Assembly: GCA_013239625.1 (NCBI GenBank)
Contig: MU056050.1
Span: forward strand, 4,078,084-4,142,083
DNA length: 64,000 nucleotides
Direction: 5' to 3'
From: Lama guanicoe
Lineage: Eukaryota
Of this stretch, positions 11,687 through 25,250 are shown piece by piece; within the stretch, counting starts at the first letter, position 1; every line of letters begins with the position of its first letter. Below the pieces are notes generated by a model. That model did not search any database. It saw nothing but the letters and a program-made list of their open reading frames with translations, and was not told where the DNA came from. The translations under genes were made by a program, and so were the position numbers.

Positions 11687-12700
11687 ACAGCTTTATTGAG
11701 ATATAATTGACATAAAACATTGTATAAGCTTAAGGTGTATGACATGCTGGGTTGATTCATATATTTATTGCAAAATGATTACCACAGTAAGGTTAGTTAA
11801 CATCTCCATCACCTCATATATTATTTTTTTATGGTAAGAACATTTAAAATTTACTCTCTTAGACACTTTCAGATATATTATATAGCGTTGTTAACTACAG
11901 TCACCATTGCATAAATTAGATCCCCAGAGATGATTCATCTTATAACTGGAAATTTATCAGTATCGACCAACATCCCATTTCCCTCACCTGCAACCCCTGG
12001 CAATCACTATTCTATTCTGTTTCTATAGGTTTGGCTTTATTGGAATTCAAATATAACTGAGATCGTGCAGTATTTGTCTTTTACTGTCTGACTTATTTCA
12101 CATAGAATAATGCCCTCAAGGTCCATACATGTTATCACAAATGGCAGGGTTTCCTTTTTATGGCTGAATAATATTCGTGTGTGTGTGCGTGTGTGTGTGC
12201 CCGCACGCACATGTGCTTGTGTGTTTTCTTTATCTATTCCTCCACTGTTGAACATTTGGGTTGTTTCCATGTCTTGGCTATCATGAATGCTGCAATGAAC
12301 ATAGGAGCACAGATACCTCTTTGAGATAGTGATTTCATTTCCTTTGGATATATAACCAGAAGTAGGATTGTTGTATCATATGTATTTCTGTTTTTAATTT
12401 TTTGAGAAATCTCTATGCTGTTTTCCAAAATGGCTGTCTCAGTTTACAGTCTCACCAACAGTGCACAGGGGATCCTTTTTCTCTACAGCCTTGTCAACAC
12501 TTGTTATTTCTTGTCCTTTTGATAATACTCATTCTAACAGGTATGAGGGGCTATATCATTATGATTTTTATTTGCATTTCCCTGATGATTAGTAATGTTG
12601 AGCATCTTTTCATATGCCTGTTGACCATTTGGATGTCTTCTTTGGAAAAATGACTATTAGGTCCTTTGCTCATTTTTTAATAGGATTACTTGTGTTCTCT
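11687..12700 (-). mobile_element. LINE-1 3' end (L1MA/L1MB-like) with ORF2 C-terminal remnant
   Basis: acagctttattgagatataattgacata start; minus ORFs 12037-12428 give ICAPMFIAAF..AKTWKQPKC and CMDLEGIILCEISQ. Confidence 0.92.
12176..12224. repeat. (GT)n-rich microsatellite within L1
   Basis: cgtgtgtgtgtgcgtgtgtgtgtgcccgcacgcacatgtgcttgtgtg. Confidence 0.85.
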
Positions 12701-13157
12701 GTTGGTAACTCTTCCACATGAGCTTGAGAAGAAAATGTAATCTGCTATTGTTGGATGAAATAATCTATAAATGTCAATTGTATCCAGTCGTATGATGTTG
12801 CTGTTAAGTTCCACTCTGTCCTTACTGATTTGATTTTATGCCTGCTAGATCTGTCCATTTCTGATAGAGAGAAGCTAATGTTTCCAACTATAATGAATTC
12901 ATCCATTTCTCCTTGCACCTCTAAGTTTTTGCCTCACATATTTTGATGCTCTTGTTGTTGCCACAGACATTAAAGATTGTCTTCTTAGAATATTCACCCC
13001 TTTATCATTGTGTAATGCCCCTCTTTTTCTCTAACTATCCTTGCTCTGAAGTATGTTCTGTCTGAAATTAATATAGCTATTCCTGCTGTCTTTTGATTAG
13101 TGTTAGCATGGTATATATTTCTCCATCCTTTACTTTTAATCTATATGTATCTTTATA

Positions 13158-13350
13158 CAGGCATACCTCATTTTATGGTGCTTTGCTTTATTGCACTTTG
13201 CAGATACTGTGTTTTGTACAAATTGAAGGTCTGTGGCAACCATGTGTTGAGCAAGTCTATCAGCACCATTTTTTCCAACAGCCATTTGCTCATTTCATAT
13301 CTTTGTGCCACATTTTAGTAATACTTGAAATATTGCAAACATTCTCATTA
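13158..13350 (+). mobile_element. Tigger1 5' terminal fragment
   Basis: TA|CAGGCATACCTC...ttgcactttgcagatactg...aaattgaaggtctgtggcaacc matches the Tigger1 left end; truncated on the right. Confidence 0.88.
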
Positions 13351-13755
13351 TTCTATTTTATTTTCTTTATTAAGATATCAATTATACTTTTTTTTCTTTT
13401 CAAAGTTATTTCCCTATAGTTTGCAATATACATTTACAACAAATTCACATCCATTTTCAGATAACACTGTAACTCTTCACCAATAAGATTCCTAATTCCT
13501 TCTTCCAATCCTTCGTATCATTGGTGTCATTCCTTTCACTCATATATAAGCATCCTTAAATATACATATAAATTATATATAAAGTCTTTTTTTCTTCTTT
13601 ACTTTTGAAGGATAATTTTGCAGGTTACAGTACTCTGGGTTGGTGGGATTTTTTTTCCCTCAATACTTAATTTCACTCTACTCTTTTCTTGCTTGCATGG
13701 TTTTTGATAAGTTGGATAAATTTTTATCTTTGTTCCTCTGTCTTCTTTCAAGATT

Positions 13756-13930
13756 TTTCTTTGATTTGAATATGATATGCCTAGATTTAGTTTTGCTGTT
13801 TGTTTTGTTTTATTTTTGTTTTTTAATATTTATTCAGTTTGGTATCCTATTTCTTTGATTTGAATATGATATACCTAGATGTAGTTTTGTTGTTTGTTTT
13901 GTTTTGTTTTTGTTTTTTAGTATTTATCCT
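13756..13930. repeat. Tandem duplication, 94-bp period, about 2 copies, inside L1 ORF1
   Basis: tttctttgatttgaatatgatat..ctagat.tagttttg begins at both 13756 and 13850. Confidence 0.9.
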
Positions 13931-15189
13931 GAGCCTCCTAGATCTATGATTTGGTGTCTTAATATTAATTTGGGTAAATTCTCAATCATTGTTTCTTCAA
14001 ATATTTCTTCTGTTCCTTTCTCTCTTTCTTCTTCTCGTATACCCATTACACATATGTTGTACCTTTTGTAGTTATCCCACAGTTCTTGAATATTCTGTTC
14101 TTTTTTTTTCTTTGCTTTTAAGTTTTGGAAATTTTTATTGTCATTGCCTTAACTCAGAGGTTCTTTCCTCAGCTGCATCCTGTCTACTAATGAGCCCATC
14201 AAAGGAATTCTTTATTTCTGTTAGTGTTTTTGATCTCTAGCATTTCTTTTTGATTATTTCTTAGACTATCTGTCTCTCTGCTTATGTTAGTCATTGGTTC
14301 TTGCATGTTTTCTGTTTTTTTTTTCCATGAAAGCCTTTAGAATATTATTCATAGTTAAAAAAATTCCTGGTCTGATTATTCAACATTCGTTCTAATGCTT
14401 GTTCAGTCCCTTTAAACTGTGAGTTTTTTGCCTTTTAGTGTGCCTTATAATTTTTTGTTGAAATGTGGACATAATGTACTGGGTAAAGGGAATTGCAGTA
14501 AATCAGTCTTTAGTAATGTCATGGTAAGGTGTGGAAGAAGGGGAAGAATTTTGTAGTCCCATGATTAGTCTTAATCTTTTGGTGAGCTATGCTCCTGGAC
14601 TGTGAACTTAACCAGTACTTCTCAGTCTCCTCACTTAGGTAGGTCGGAATGGCTAAAGGGAGCTGAAGTTGGGCAATCCAGGTCGATTAGGCTCTGATAA
14701 AACCTCAATAAATTAAGCTCTGGCTAAATAGTTTCTCCTGAGGACAGACTTTATTAAGAAGAGCAGAATGATTTGACATACTTCAAAATGGTTCCTTTTC
14801 CCCTCCCCTGCCAGAAGCATTAGGAGATTTTTTTCTCCAGTATTCACCGTGAGGGGATCCCTCTATCAGTAGGCACTCTGGAGTTTTTATCTGTCAGACT
14901 TGTACACACTGAGCCTCCAGTACTTCATTATTACAGTTCAGGTTTTCTTATCCTGGCACTGCTTCCGGTGGAGATTTCTGCTCCTTGGTTTCTACTCTGG
15001 TGTGTCATGATTCTGTGTATCTGCCTGTGTTTCCAATTTGGGGGGGGCAGTAGTTTCCTCGTGACCTCACTTGTCTGATGAATCTAAAAAGAATTGTTAA
15101 TGTTTCAGTTTGTTCAGCTTTTTTACTTTTTAGGATGAAGTGGTGACTTCTAAGTTCCTTATATTCTGAACCAGAAACCAGAAGTCCCC

Positions 15190-16435
15190 ATGTTTTTGTT
15201 ATTTACAATTCTTGTTCTGTACTGAAATTCTCATCTTAAAAATATTAGTTGCAGTTATTAAACTTTTTGTGTCTGGTAATCTCAACCTTTAAATTTCCTA
15301 TACATTTACTTCTGTTATGTAGTTTTCTGTTGATATTGGTCACCTAGTCTTATCTGCTGTAGTATGTTTATTGTTTTGTTAAATGCCAGAAATAGTGTAT
15401 GAAATGTTTTAAAGATACTTTGAGGTTCAAAACTACAGATCTTCCTCAACTTACGATGGGATTATGTCCTGACAAACCCATATCATAAGTCAAAAATACA
15501 TTTAAAACACCTTACCTACTGAACATCACAGCTAGCCTACTTTAAATGTGCTCAGAACGCTTACATTAGCCTATAATTGGGCAAAATCATCTAGCACTAT
15601 GGCTTCTTTATAATAGTGTTGAATATCTCATGTAATTTATTGAACACTTTACTAAAAGTGAAAAACAAACTGGTTGTATGTGTACAGAATGGTTGTAAGT
15701 GAATTGATTGTTTACCCTTGTGATTGCATGGCTGGCTGGTTGCTGTGGCTCACTGCCACTGCCTAACACTGCAAGAGAATATCGTACCACATATCACCAG
15801 CCCAAGAAAGGGCCAAAATTCAAAGTATGATTTCTACTGAATGTGTATCACTTTCAAACCATCATAAAGTCAAAAACTTGTAAGTCAAGCTATCATTAAG
15901 TTAGGAACTGCCTTTAAAGTCTTTCCTAAGAGAGGATTTACTTTTGTTTCTTACTTTCATTAGAATATGGACATAACACTTCTATAAATTCAGTGATTTG
16001 TCTCATTAGAAGCTGGGTTTAATCCTTTGTGTGGTCTTGTCTGTATCCAGTTCCCTTTTTTCCTTAAAGATGAGCCTTCAAAAGTCTAAAATGAAAGCCA
16101 GGTGTGTTTGAGAGAGGCTTCTTTTTGGGCTCTGAATTCAGGTTGTTTCCCTTAGACTCATGAGACTGCTAAAAGCTTTGATGGTTTCTCAGCCTCTCAG
16201 AAACCATACAGTAATTGGTTAATGTGTTTGAAGAGAAAATGGAAGTGAAATGCCCTCCTTAAATTTTTTTACCTTTGTTTCTGGATCTTGGCCCTTCCCA
16301 TTCTGGCTGCCTTTATAGCTCACTTATGCCTTAGAAATATTTTAAACAATCTTTTCTACAGCTTTTCTAGTTGATTTTTGCTGAATGGCTTGTTTGAGTC
16401 AAGCTGATCTGTCACTGCTGGAAATGAAATTCTCC
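15190..16435 (-). mobile_element. Older L1 5' region (L1ME-like), interrupted by a Tigger5 MITE
   Basis: tctggtaatctcaac, agagaggatttacttttg and tgtcactgctggaaatgaaattc are typical of antisense old L1 5' ends. Confidence 0.6.
15436..15914. mobile_element. MER47/Tigger5-family MITE
   Basis: TA-flanked; CAGATCTTCCTCAACTTACGATGGG left end and degenerate inverted right end; internal gtgctcagaacgcttacattagccta. Confidence 0.9.
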
Positions 16436-16764
16436 TGTATATATTTTGATATGCTATTTGCTACATAAAGTTTCATGACTGAATCCTTTAACCATATCTG
16501 CAATCTTCCTTGGTTGCAGGAGTTATTTATTTGTCCTAGGCTTCAGGCTGGGAAGGAATATATTCTTGGTGTGCTTTGTCGACTATTTTACTCCCACGGG
16601 TCTTCTAATTTCCTCTTGCTCTTGTTAACAATATCAAAGGGCCTATCAGTTCAAATGGTACTTTTTTTTCCTACCTTCCAAAGGTATGACACCAATACAT
16701 AAAAAGCTTAAATTCATATAGTATTTTGAAATGGTAATAGATTTTTATTGATTTAAATTAGGCT

Positions 16765-17257
16765 TCATAGCTACAATTTTTTTTTAATGTATCACCTTGA
16801 CTAAGCTACACTCCCTGTTTATTCAATCAAACATTAATCTGGGTGATGCTGTGAAGTTATGTTGCTAAGGTAAAGTCCCCAATCAGTTGACTTTAAGTAA
16901 AGGAGGTTGCTCTGGATAATCCAGTTGGGGCTGATTTAATCAGTTGGAGGGCCTTAAAAACAGTGCTGAAATTTTAGAATGATTGAAAGAGAGAGAGAGG
17001 AATTCTGCCTGTGGACAACAGCTTAAGGACCATGCCTGTGGGATCCATCCTGTCCTTACTAATAACCTGCCTATGGATTTTAGGTTTCCTTAGCCAGGCC
17101 CAAAGTCATGTAACCCAATTTATTTTATAAAATTGAGTATTTATTCAGAAAGAATTTGAAGCTTCATATCTATGTCTATGTTTATATCTATACCTATATC
17201 TATGTCTATGTGTCTTTTACTGATTCTGCTTCTGTAGTTGAATCCCAACTGATAAAA
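16765..17257 (+). mobile_element. ERVL solo LTR (MLT2 family)
   Basis: attcaatcaaacattaatctgggtgatgctgtgaag, aatcagttgactttaagtaaaggag, 3' end ctgattctgcttctgtagttgaatcccaactgata. Confidence 0.85.
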
Positions 17258-19174
17258 TGTCAATGAACATATTCTTCAGGAAAAAAATGAGTTAACATAG
17301 TGTAAATGAGCACAAGAGTATGCCATAGCCATGAAATGGAATCTGTGGTATTATATTTAAATGGGTTTCTTTGTCCTGTATCTGGCAGAAAGTCAGACTT
17401 TTTAAAATTAATTAACCTTGGGAATAGAAATGGAGATAGAAACACAATTAATGAATATGCTAATTTTACCCCATGAAATGTCAGGGGATAGTTGATCTTT
17501 ATTCGTGGTTTAAAATGCATACCAGATTACATTGATGATTCCCATAATTTTTTTTTATTTCTATAGAACAAAACATAAAAATGCTATTTCAAGGTTAAAC
17601 TTAAAACATTAGGAGACAAACATTAATTTATTATCCTTGAGGTTAATTAAATATGAAGTATTGTGAGAAAATATTGACTAAGTACCAGAAGGCTGTATTG
17701 ATGCTATAGAAGAATAGGCAAGCTAATAATGATTCTTAATAACACCCAGTGAGAATAGAATCCCACCACTCTCTATTAGTGCTCTATTTTTTCTTTTTTG
17801 CAAATAAGCTAACATTACCATAATAAGCATGTAAAACATCATAAATAACTAAGTGTGTATGCAGGAATAAATTATTTCTGCTCTAAGAAACTGTAACTGG
17901 AGGGGAAAAATATTCTTCTGGATTTGGGCAAGCAAAGCTCTGTAGCAAAATGAAACATTAATTCCTTGGAAAGAACCTGAAGTTTTAATTTTGGAGTGAT
18001 TCCCTTCAGAAGATTTTTATAAATCTGGTTTTAAGTGAATTATTTAAAATAAAGCAGTCAACAGTTATCTAAAACCTTCCTTTGAACTCAGTTAAAATGA
18101 AATCCAGTGTTCCTTAGTTGCTCAAATTAGCAGTTTTTGAAAAAGTGTGTTACTACCACAGCTTTGGTTCACATAAAATTATACTTTAAAAATGTGCGAA
18201 AGGCATCATTATTCATCTACCAAAATATATAAATAACATGTTAAAATCATATTTAAATAGTAATTTTAGCACATATGTCTGGGTTAGGCTTAACCCCCAT
18301 GTTTTAAGTCTTATAGTTCCAACTAAAATTTTCTTTTCACCTTCAAGTGTTTTATACTAACCTCTGCCTCCTGAAATATTATTATTCATAGCTGTCAAGC
18401 AAAATTCTATAATATTTAAGTCAATGGAGACTGATTTCACATCCTAACAATTTTACAAAACCAAAAAAGTAAAAGTTCCAAGTGAAAGTTGAAAAAAAAA
18501 AAGTAACAATATGCCAACCAATTGTCCACAGTATTTTTTTTTTCTGGAGTCAACTTTAATAGGACTTTCAGTATTATAACTTTGATGATTGCTATTATCA
18601 TCATTTGCCTCATTCAGTAGGAGGCCATGTACTGTACAATAGGAATTATCAAGAAAACATACTTGAAGTATGCTGCAGAAACTTGTTTATAACAGCATGG
18701 AATAAATGCCAGCTTCTATTTTACTATGACGGGGTTTTTATTAACAAGCACTGGTGAGACAGAACCTTCTTTGAAAACAGAAATGCTACCGTACCTAGTT
18801 CAATTATTTAGCTCCAGGTTTTAATATTTGTTAACGTGTCTTAAAAGGATAATTTCATGACAAAAGAGAAGTTCAAGTATCTTTTTCCTTTCTAAACTGT
18901 CCTTTGGAATAAAAGTAGTTGTTTGACGTTTGAGAAATCCATCCTATCTAAAATAATAAGTTGGATTCTCTCCTACAAGTGTTTATCCTTAAGAGTCACA
19001 GATCTTTTATTGACTTAAAAATAAGATTCATTTCTGATTTATTTTGTATATTTGATTTCATTCTTGATTGTATTTGATCCTTAATGCAACCCCCCACAAT
19101 CAACATACAGTGTGCTGTCTCATCATGCCTTATATCATGCTCCTAATTGATGGGGCCCAACTCTGTAGATTCTT

Positions 19175-19337
19175 TTTATTTTTAATTTAATTTAATTTAT
19201 TTTTTACTTTGTAATTTTTAGGGGGATAGGGAGGTTATTATGTCTATTTGTTTATTTTTAGAGGAGGTACTGGGGTTTGAACCCAGGACCTCATACATGC
19301 TAAGCATGCGCTCTACCACTTGAGCTATACCCTACCC
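19175..19337 (-). mobile_element. tRNA-Ala(AGC)-derived SINE, camelid Vic-1-like, with target-site duplication
   Basis: Reverse complement GGGTAGGGTATAGCTCAAGTGGTAGAGCGCATGCTTAGCATGTATGAGGTCCTGGGTTCAAACCCCAGTACCTCC plus A-rich tail; CTGTAGATTCTT repeated at 19163-19174 and 19338-19349. Confidence 0.9.
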
Positions 19338-20009
19338 CTGTAGATTCTTAATAACAAGTAGGACATTGTGAGTATCTGAAGCACATTGATCACCAAAAAA
19401 GGAGCATTGTCTAAATGAATATTAGTACTTTGAAAATTTAGGACACTAAGAGGACCAAGATTCTTATTTTCTATGTACAGAGTATGCATCATTTTGCTCT
19501 AGAAATTATGAAAGTCATCAACCTAAAAGAAGGTTACCTATTAGCAGTACATACTCTCTCCTCTCGAACATGTATGTTTGTTCACAAGCCCTCACTTCTC
19601 TTAAGTTTTCTAGTTAAATGACTTTGAGTTAACGACACCTCTCAACCATCATTTTCTAAATATCATTGATATACCACACAGAGATATGCACCCAAATGCA
19701 CCCAAAGTGTATGTGTTTTTAATGCTCTGTTATGTACTATTTTGGTACCACATAGGCATGTTTTTTGCATGAACTGTAAACCTGTAGAACCTTACTTTAC
19801 CAAAGTGCAAGCTGTTATCTGGTAACAAGATGCCTCACTTTTGCTTTTCTGACACAATATTGGCATCTTAGGGATGCCAGATTTCAGAAACCAGTTAACA
19901 TGAAGTATTTCTCCTTTTAGGCATGATTTAAAAAGAGAAATTATATGTCAATTTTGTCTTAGCATTATAGAAATAAGAGAAAATGTTTGCCCAAAGTTGA
20001 GAGGGTGAC

Positions 20010-20515
20010 TTTTATTGAAGAACATCAAGGAATGTTGTGGCTAGAGCAAATAAAATAAGGGGAAAATGGTAGGAAATAAAGTCAGAGAAGAGTAAGGGGG
20101 TGCAGAATATTGTTTAATGTTTAGGTTATTGTATTTGTTTATTCCCTATGTAAGATTAAGAGGCAATAGTAATGACAAGATCTGACTTAGATAAATGGAT
20201 CTCTCTGTTGCTGTGTGAATACTAGACTGTGTGGTTAGAGATAAGGAGTGGGAAGGGTGGGAGCAGACAGAAGAGTTAGTAGGCTCAAAGTCAGTCAAGA
20301 ATGATGTTTCTTGGATCATGGAGATGTGGACGTTGTGAGAACCTGTTACACTCTAAATTTATATGGAAGTTGGAACCAAAAGAATTTGTTGATGGACAGG
20401 ATGTAGGGAATGAGAAAGAGTTGCCACTAACTGAAATGGGTAAAGACCATAAGTGGAATCTTTTTGGGACAAGATAAGAAATTAGATTTTGGATATACTA
20501 AATTTGAGTTACCAA
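20010..20515 (-). mobile_element. L2 fragment
   Basis: gtggctagagc, aatgacaagatctgactt, ttgttgatggacaggatgtaggg, ttttggatatactaaatttgag. Confidence 0.8.
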
Positions 20516-22226
20516 TTAATAACTTATAGTTACTATGGAGAAACCATTTGATAAGACCCATAGCATCTACAATCTTCATGTTTTCTCATACTTTATTGTT
20601 AATATATCAGTCAAGATCTCATTGATAGTATTATAAACATTGGAAATCTTGATATTCATTGTATATTATATGTACTATCTCATATATATATGTATTATGT
20701 ATGCTCTCTTATTGGGAAATAGAATCTTGGATTTAGAAAGGAGTGCCTCCTTGCTGTCATGGTATTGATCAGAAGTGACAAATGTTTTCTTCAACTAGAA
20801 GCTAGTTTAACGAGAAAGGGATAGGTGGAAACATTTCTATCACAGGCATGCACTTTCAAGTGGAAACTTAGAAACCCAAATATAAAATTTTAAGATGGGA
20901 AAAACTCATGTGTCCAATTGTATTTAAGTACAGAAAGATGCAAACTGTTTGTGATACCCTGTCATCTAGCCTTATCCCTAACTCCCCAAACTTGCAAGAA
21001 GAATGTTACTAGCTGCTAGTGAGTGACACTAAATCTCCTATACCATGACAGGCATAAATCCTTTGATAAAATAGGCTTTTTTATCTGTAATGTTATCATC
21101 TGTCAACCAAAGTGATGTGATGTCACATCAAGGACAGAATATAATATGATTTGGGTATGGATACACTAAGTTTTCTTTTGCATGACATAATCTGATTTAG
21201 AGATATCTGACAAGTACTGTAATTATTTAAAGTACTTATGACAAAGTAGCATAATTTGTCAATATTGCAAACATAATTGCAATGTGACTAGTCAAAATAA
21301 TTGTGATTAAACTATTCTTTAGACACTATTTAGAAGAGGATAAAAAGAGAATGACAAGGAGCTATGGTTACTGACATTTAGAACTCAGGGAGAATTTTCA
21401 ACCTATCTATAGGGATTGCTTTCATGAAAAATGTTGTTCAGTTCTGACTCTGATGTTACAAAGCTATACGATAGTGGCTGTGCATTTATATGGGACTGTC
21501 AAATACATTCTGCCTTTCACATGATGTGACATACAGTTTATAATTACCATTCCATCACGATACATCACTGCAGAAGAATTTCACCAGTTGTCCTCTGAGA
21601 ACCTCCTTTTGTTTTTCTTTAAAGAAACCTAGATTATAGGACAAGTACATCTTCAAATATTTACATTTATCTTTATTTGAGTCTACTGACAGATATTTAA
21701 TCTTAATCATTTTATTTATACAACTGAACACTGATTTTGAATGCTATCATATTGTCATTTCTTACTTGCCTTACTTTATCTGCACCAATCTATCAACTGT
21801 CTCCATGTTTACTTGTATTGTTTTGGCTGTTGCAAAGATAAAGTTTTGTTTAGACATATGGCTTGAATTATTCCTCTTTTTGTCTTAAATTTTTAAGTTG
21901 TATCATACTAGCATAGGCTTCAAATTCAGAAATACTGATTTATGTGACCATGGCCAAACACATACAAGGCCACTTAGTCTTCAAAAGAAAGCTATAAATA
22001 GATATTTTTATCATCACAATGATCTATTGGCCTAGCAGACTGAGCAATATGTAACTCATTAAAAATCAGTTCAACACCTACTAGAAGAATCATCTCCTTC
22101 TAATACTGCAAGAAAGTTGAGCATAAGCATTATTGTAGAAATGTTGTTCTGAATATGAGCTTTAATAAAAGATCAGATCTCAAACTGTATAGCACCATTG
22201 ACATAATCTTCCTTTGAGTAAAATCT

Positions 22227-22292
22227 ATGTGTGTGTATATATACATATATATATACATGTACATATATATGTATACACATTTATTACATATA
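22227..22292. repeat. (TA)/(CA)/(TG) compound microsatellite
   Basis: atgtgtgtgtatatatacatatatatatacatgtacatatatatgtatacac. Confidence 0.85.
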
Positions 22293-25029
22293 TTTATTTA
22301 TTGAGTGTGTCCTTTATGGGTACCCTAAAGATGGGACATACTTAACTATGCCTCAAAGGGCAAATCATTCATGTCCAGGCCATCACAGCTGATCAGAAAA
22401 TCATATTCAATATTTCCTTCTTTTTCAGAATACTTGAATCTCTAAAGTGTAATATTCATTCACTGGAAGTTGTTTTCTAGATCATTGATCTGACTCCTCC
22501 ATACTCTATCATCCTTGGTGCCTTCAATTAGGATCATGAATTACTTTTAACTGATATTTCTATATTTTCAGTTTTCTCTGTAATATTCATCACAAAGCTT
22601 AAATTATTAAGTTCATTGTTTCAAATTAGATGTAACAATTACATGACCCCCTATAGGATATTTCAAAATAAACTAACCATTTCATAATAATTTGTCTAAT
22701 TCCAAACTTGATTATATACAAGACCAAAATCTATGGGAGTTCAATTTATGCCTAAAATTAAGTATTGCTATGGATAAGAAACAAAATTTTCAATTGAAAT
22801 CTTCATCTATTCTAATATTCATACATAATGACAGTTTAAAACTGGCTGAATACATTATTTGCATGCAGTATACTCCTTTTTTCATATTACTAATAGCACT
22901 AATAGGTAAAATGGTATTCTTCTGGCACTTTAGTAGACATTCTTATAAAATATAATAGACTTCTTTCACTTATGCCAAGTAGATCTAATTTAAAAGATAA
23001 AATTGCATTTAAAATGTTTTGCCATATTTCTTCTATCTGACTCTTTGAGTCTTCATGGCAAATCAAGAAATTAGACTCGGAAAATAAGAGGATGGGATTC
23101 TCAGATACCTTTTTTGGAACTTTATCCCTCTATTGTACTAACTAAAACAAATTTGTTGTAAAAGAGTCTTTAAAGCTATACATGATGCCATTCAATGGAT
23201 TTGGCATCTTGTTTTTCCTTGTATTATTTCCATAAAATGATAAGGAATAGACTTTGGAAGCTAAATAGCTTCACGTGGCTGAGCTGATGGTCCACACTTC
23301 AGAGACTTTGTGTGCTATGGTATTGCTGAATTCCAGACTGCCCTTGAAACATCCTCAACATTAGGACCAGGATTCATTTGCAGTCTGCTTGCTCATTCAG
23401 TCATAGGTATGCATGAAGTTGTCAATACATTCTGGATTTTGGGACTAAATAACTTTACCTTTACAACTAAAGAGTGGAAAGAACTTCCTAGATATGGTGC
23501 TAAAATATGAGAGTGTCCATTGTTCAGAGAAACAGCTTATGTAATACCATCTTACTTACCTGCTTCTCAAGGTAGAACTGATGATGAAATAGGAGATTAT
23601 ACTTGTTAGAGAAGCTGACCTCTAAATATAAACACTCAGACATCTAACATCTAAATAAACAGATGCAGCCTTCTCAGACCACCTGAACTGAGCTGCTTTG
23701 GATTAAATCTGATTCGCAAAATGGTTTCAGTAGAAATGTCGTCCTATCACAGGGCAGTTTTTAGGTCATTACATTCAGTTTTCTGGAGAGAGCTATATTT
23801 TCATCTGAATTTGCTGACAAATTTGGACAGTCTTTTATAACTGTCATATGGTAATTAAATTGGTAATAATAATCAGCATATAACCTTCCAAGTTGACTAC
23901 ATCAAATAGTACCTCAGATAATTGGATGCATAATTTCTTGTATGTTTGCTAAAAATAAATCTCATTACTCCAGTTATACCTCCAGCTTGAGCACTTAAGC
24001 CTTCAAAGATTGTTCCTTAGGAAGAACTGAGAAATCTCCATTCCTGATTTGTAGAAATAGTGTCATCATTTCTATTCATTTTATTTGTATGTATTTCTGT
24101 AATTCTAGTCCTGGTTTGATATACAAACCAAGCCAGGTTAAAGTATTTTCAAGGTAAGAGAAGCTAGTGAAAAATGATTTATTTACTTCTTCTCCTAAAT
24201 TATGATAATACAGTTAAATAATAAGCCCAATATATCACTTTAGATGATAGTAACATGAACCTTTTTAAACTACATATCCCCTCCAAACATGTTGAAACTT
24301 TATAGGAGAGATCCATTTGTCAAAAGTGCATAATTTTGCTTGTAATCTTTTAAAATATCTCATACTCCACAATTTTAGATAACTATAATTTTTCAACACA
24401 CTAACCCACCCCCACTTTAAAACACAGTAGTCCTACTCAAAGAAAATCCTAACAGAACCTTAATAATAATTATTACAATGACTATTGTAATCTGTTTGGC
24501 ACGAACCAGCCTAATAGTACTCATGTTCTTTTCTTGTTACCTTCCTCAATATATTTTAATTTCATTTTCTACTACTGTTGCATTGTGTTCTTTTCAACAG
24601 GCAAGATTGTAAAAATAGCATTCAGCAGTCCCCTCTGGCAGGAAGTCAGAGGTTTTAGAGACATTGGACAAAAGATACATACTGTGTGCTCTGCAGTTCA
24701 AAGATACGTATATTTTGAATGTTCAGTGTTAAGAATGTAGTTTATATAAGCGAACAGGGTGCGTGTTTTATTAGAAGGTGCATATAGAGCCTCTGATCTT
24801 TATATTAGAAAGTCTCAGCCTTACTCTTACTGAAAAGTAAGTCTTGGTCACAGTATATCACTAAATTGAAAGAACAACTATGTTTCACAAATTAGACAGC
24901 ATCAAGTAATAAATATTAGGGTAGAATTGCATATTTGAAAATTTTTTTAATTCAGAAAAATTTCACTTTTATACAAAGAAGTGTGGAGTATAAGTTATTT
25001 CAATAAACCATAGTCACTATAAGAGAAAA

Positions 25030-25250
25030 AAAATCTACTTTAGACAAATTTGATTTGAATTTGAATTTTACAGTTTACTATCTCTGTGAGCTGAGACAAG
25101 TTACTCAATTCCTCTAAGCTTTGGGTTTCTAATCTGTAAATAGGCATGAGAAAATTTACCTCCCATTTTGTATTGAAGATTAAGTAGGATACTGAATATA
25201 GAATGGTGTAACTCTGCATGTTTATTGTACTATGTAGTAACTTATTAATG
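25030..25250 (+). mobile_element. MIR SINE
   Basis: Core ctgtgagctgagacaagttactcaattcctctaagctttgggtttctaatctgtaaa. Confidence 0.8.

Larger units (their letters stand above)
12705..15190 (-). mobile_element. LINE-1 5' half (ORF2 endonuclease region, ORF1, 5'UTR; L1MC/MD-like)
   Basis: Antisense endonuclease motifs (ctgctattgttggatgaaat, tctgaaattaatatagcta), ORF1 (atgagcccatcaaaggaattc), 5' terminus ccagaaaccagaagtcc at about 15185. Confidence 0.88.

Noticed and set aside
16440..16760. Right-hand terminal repeat of the MULE beyond the L1 stack
   Set aside because: I could see no convincing reverse-complement match to the 9700-10180 region.
19262..19337. tRNA-Ala(AGC) gene on the minus strand
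   Set aside because: It carries a SINE tail, an A-rich end and target-site duplications, so it is a retroposed SINE head.
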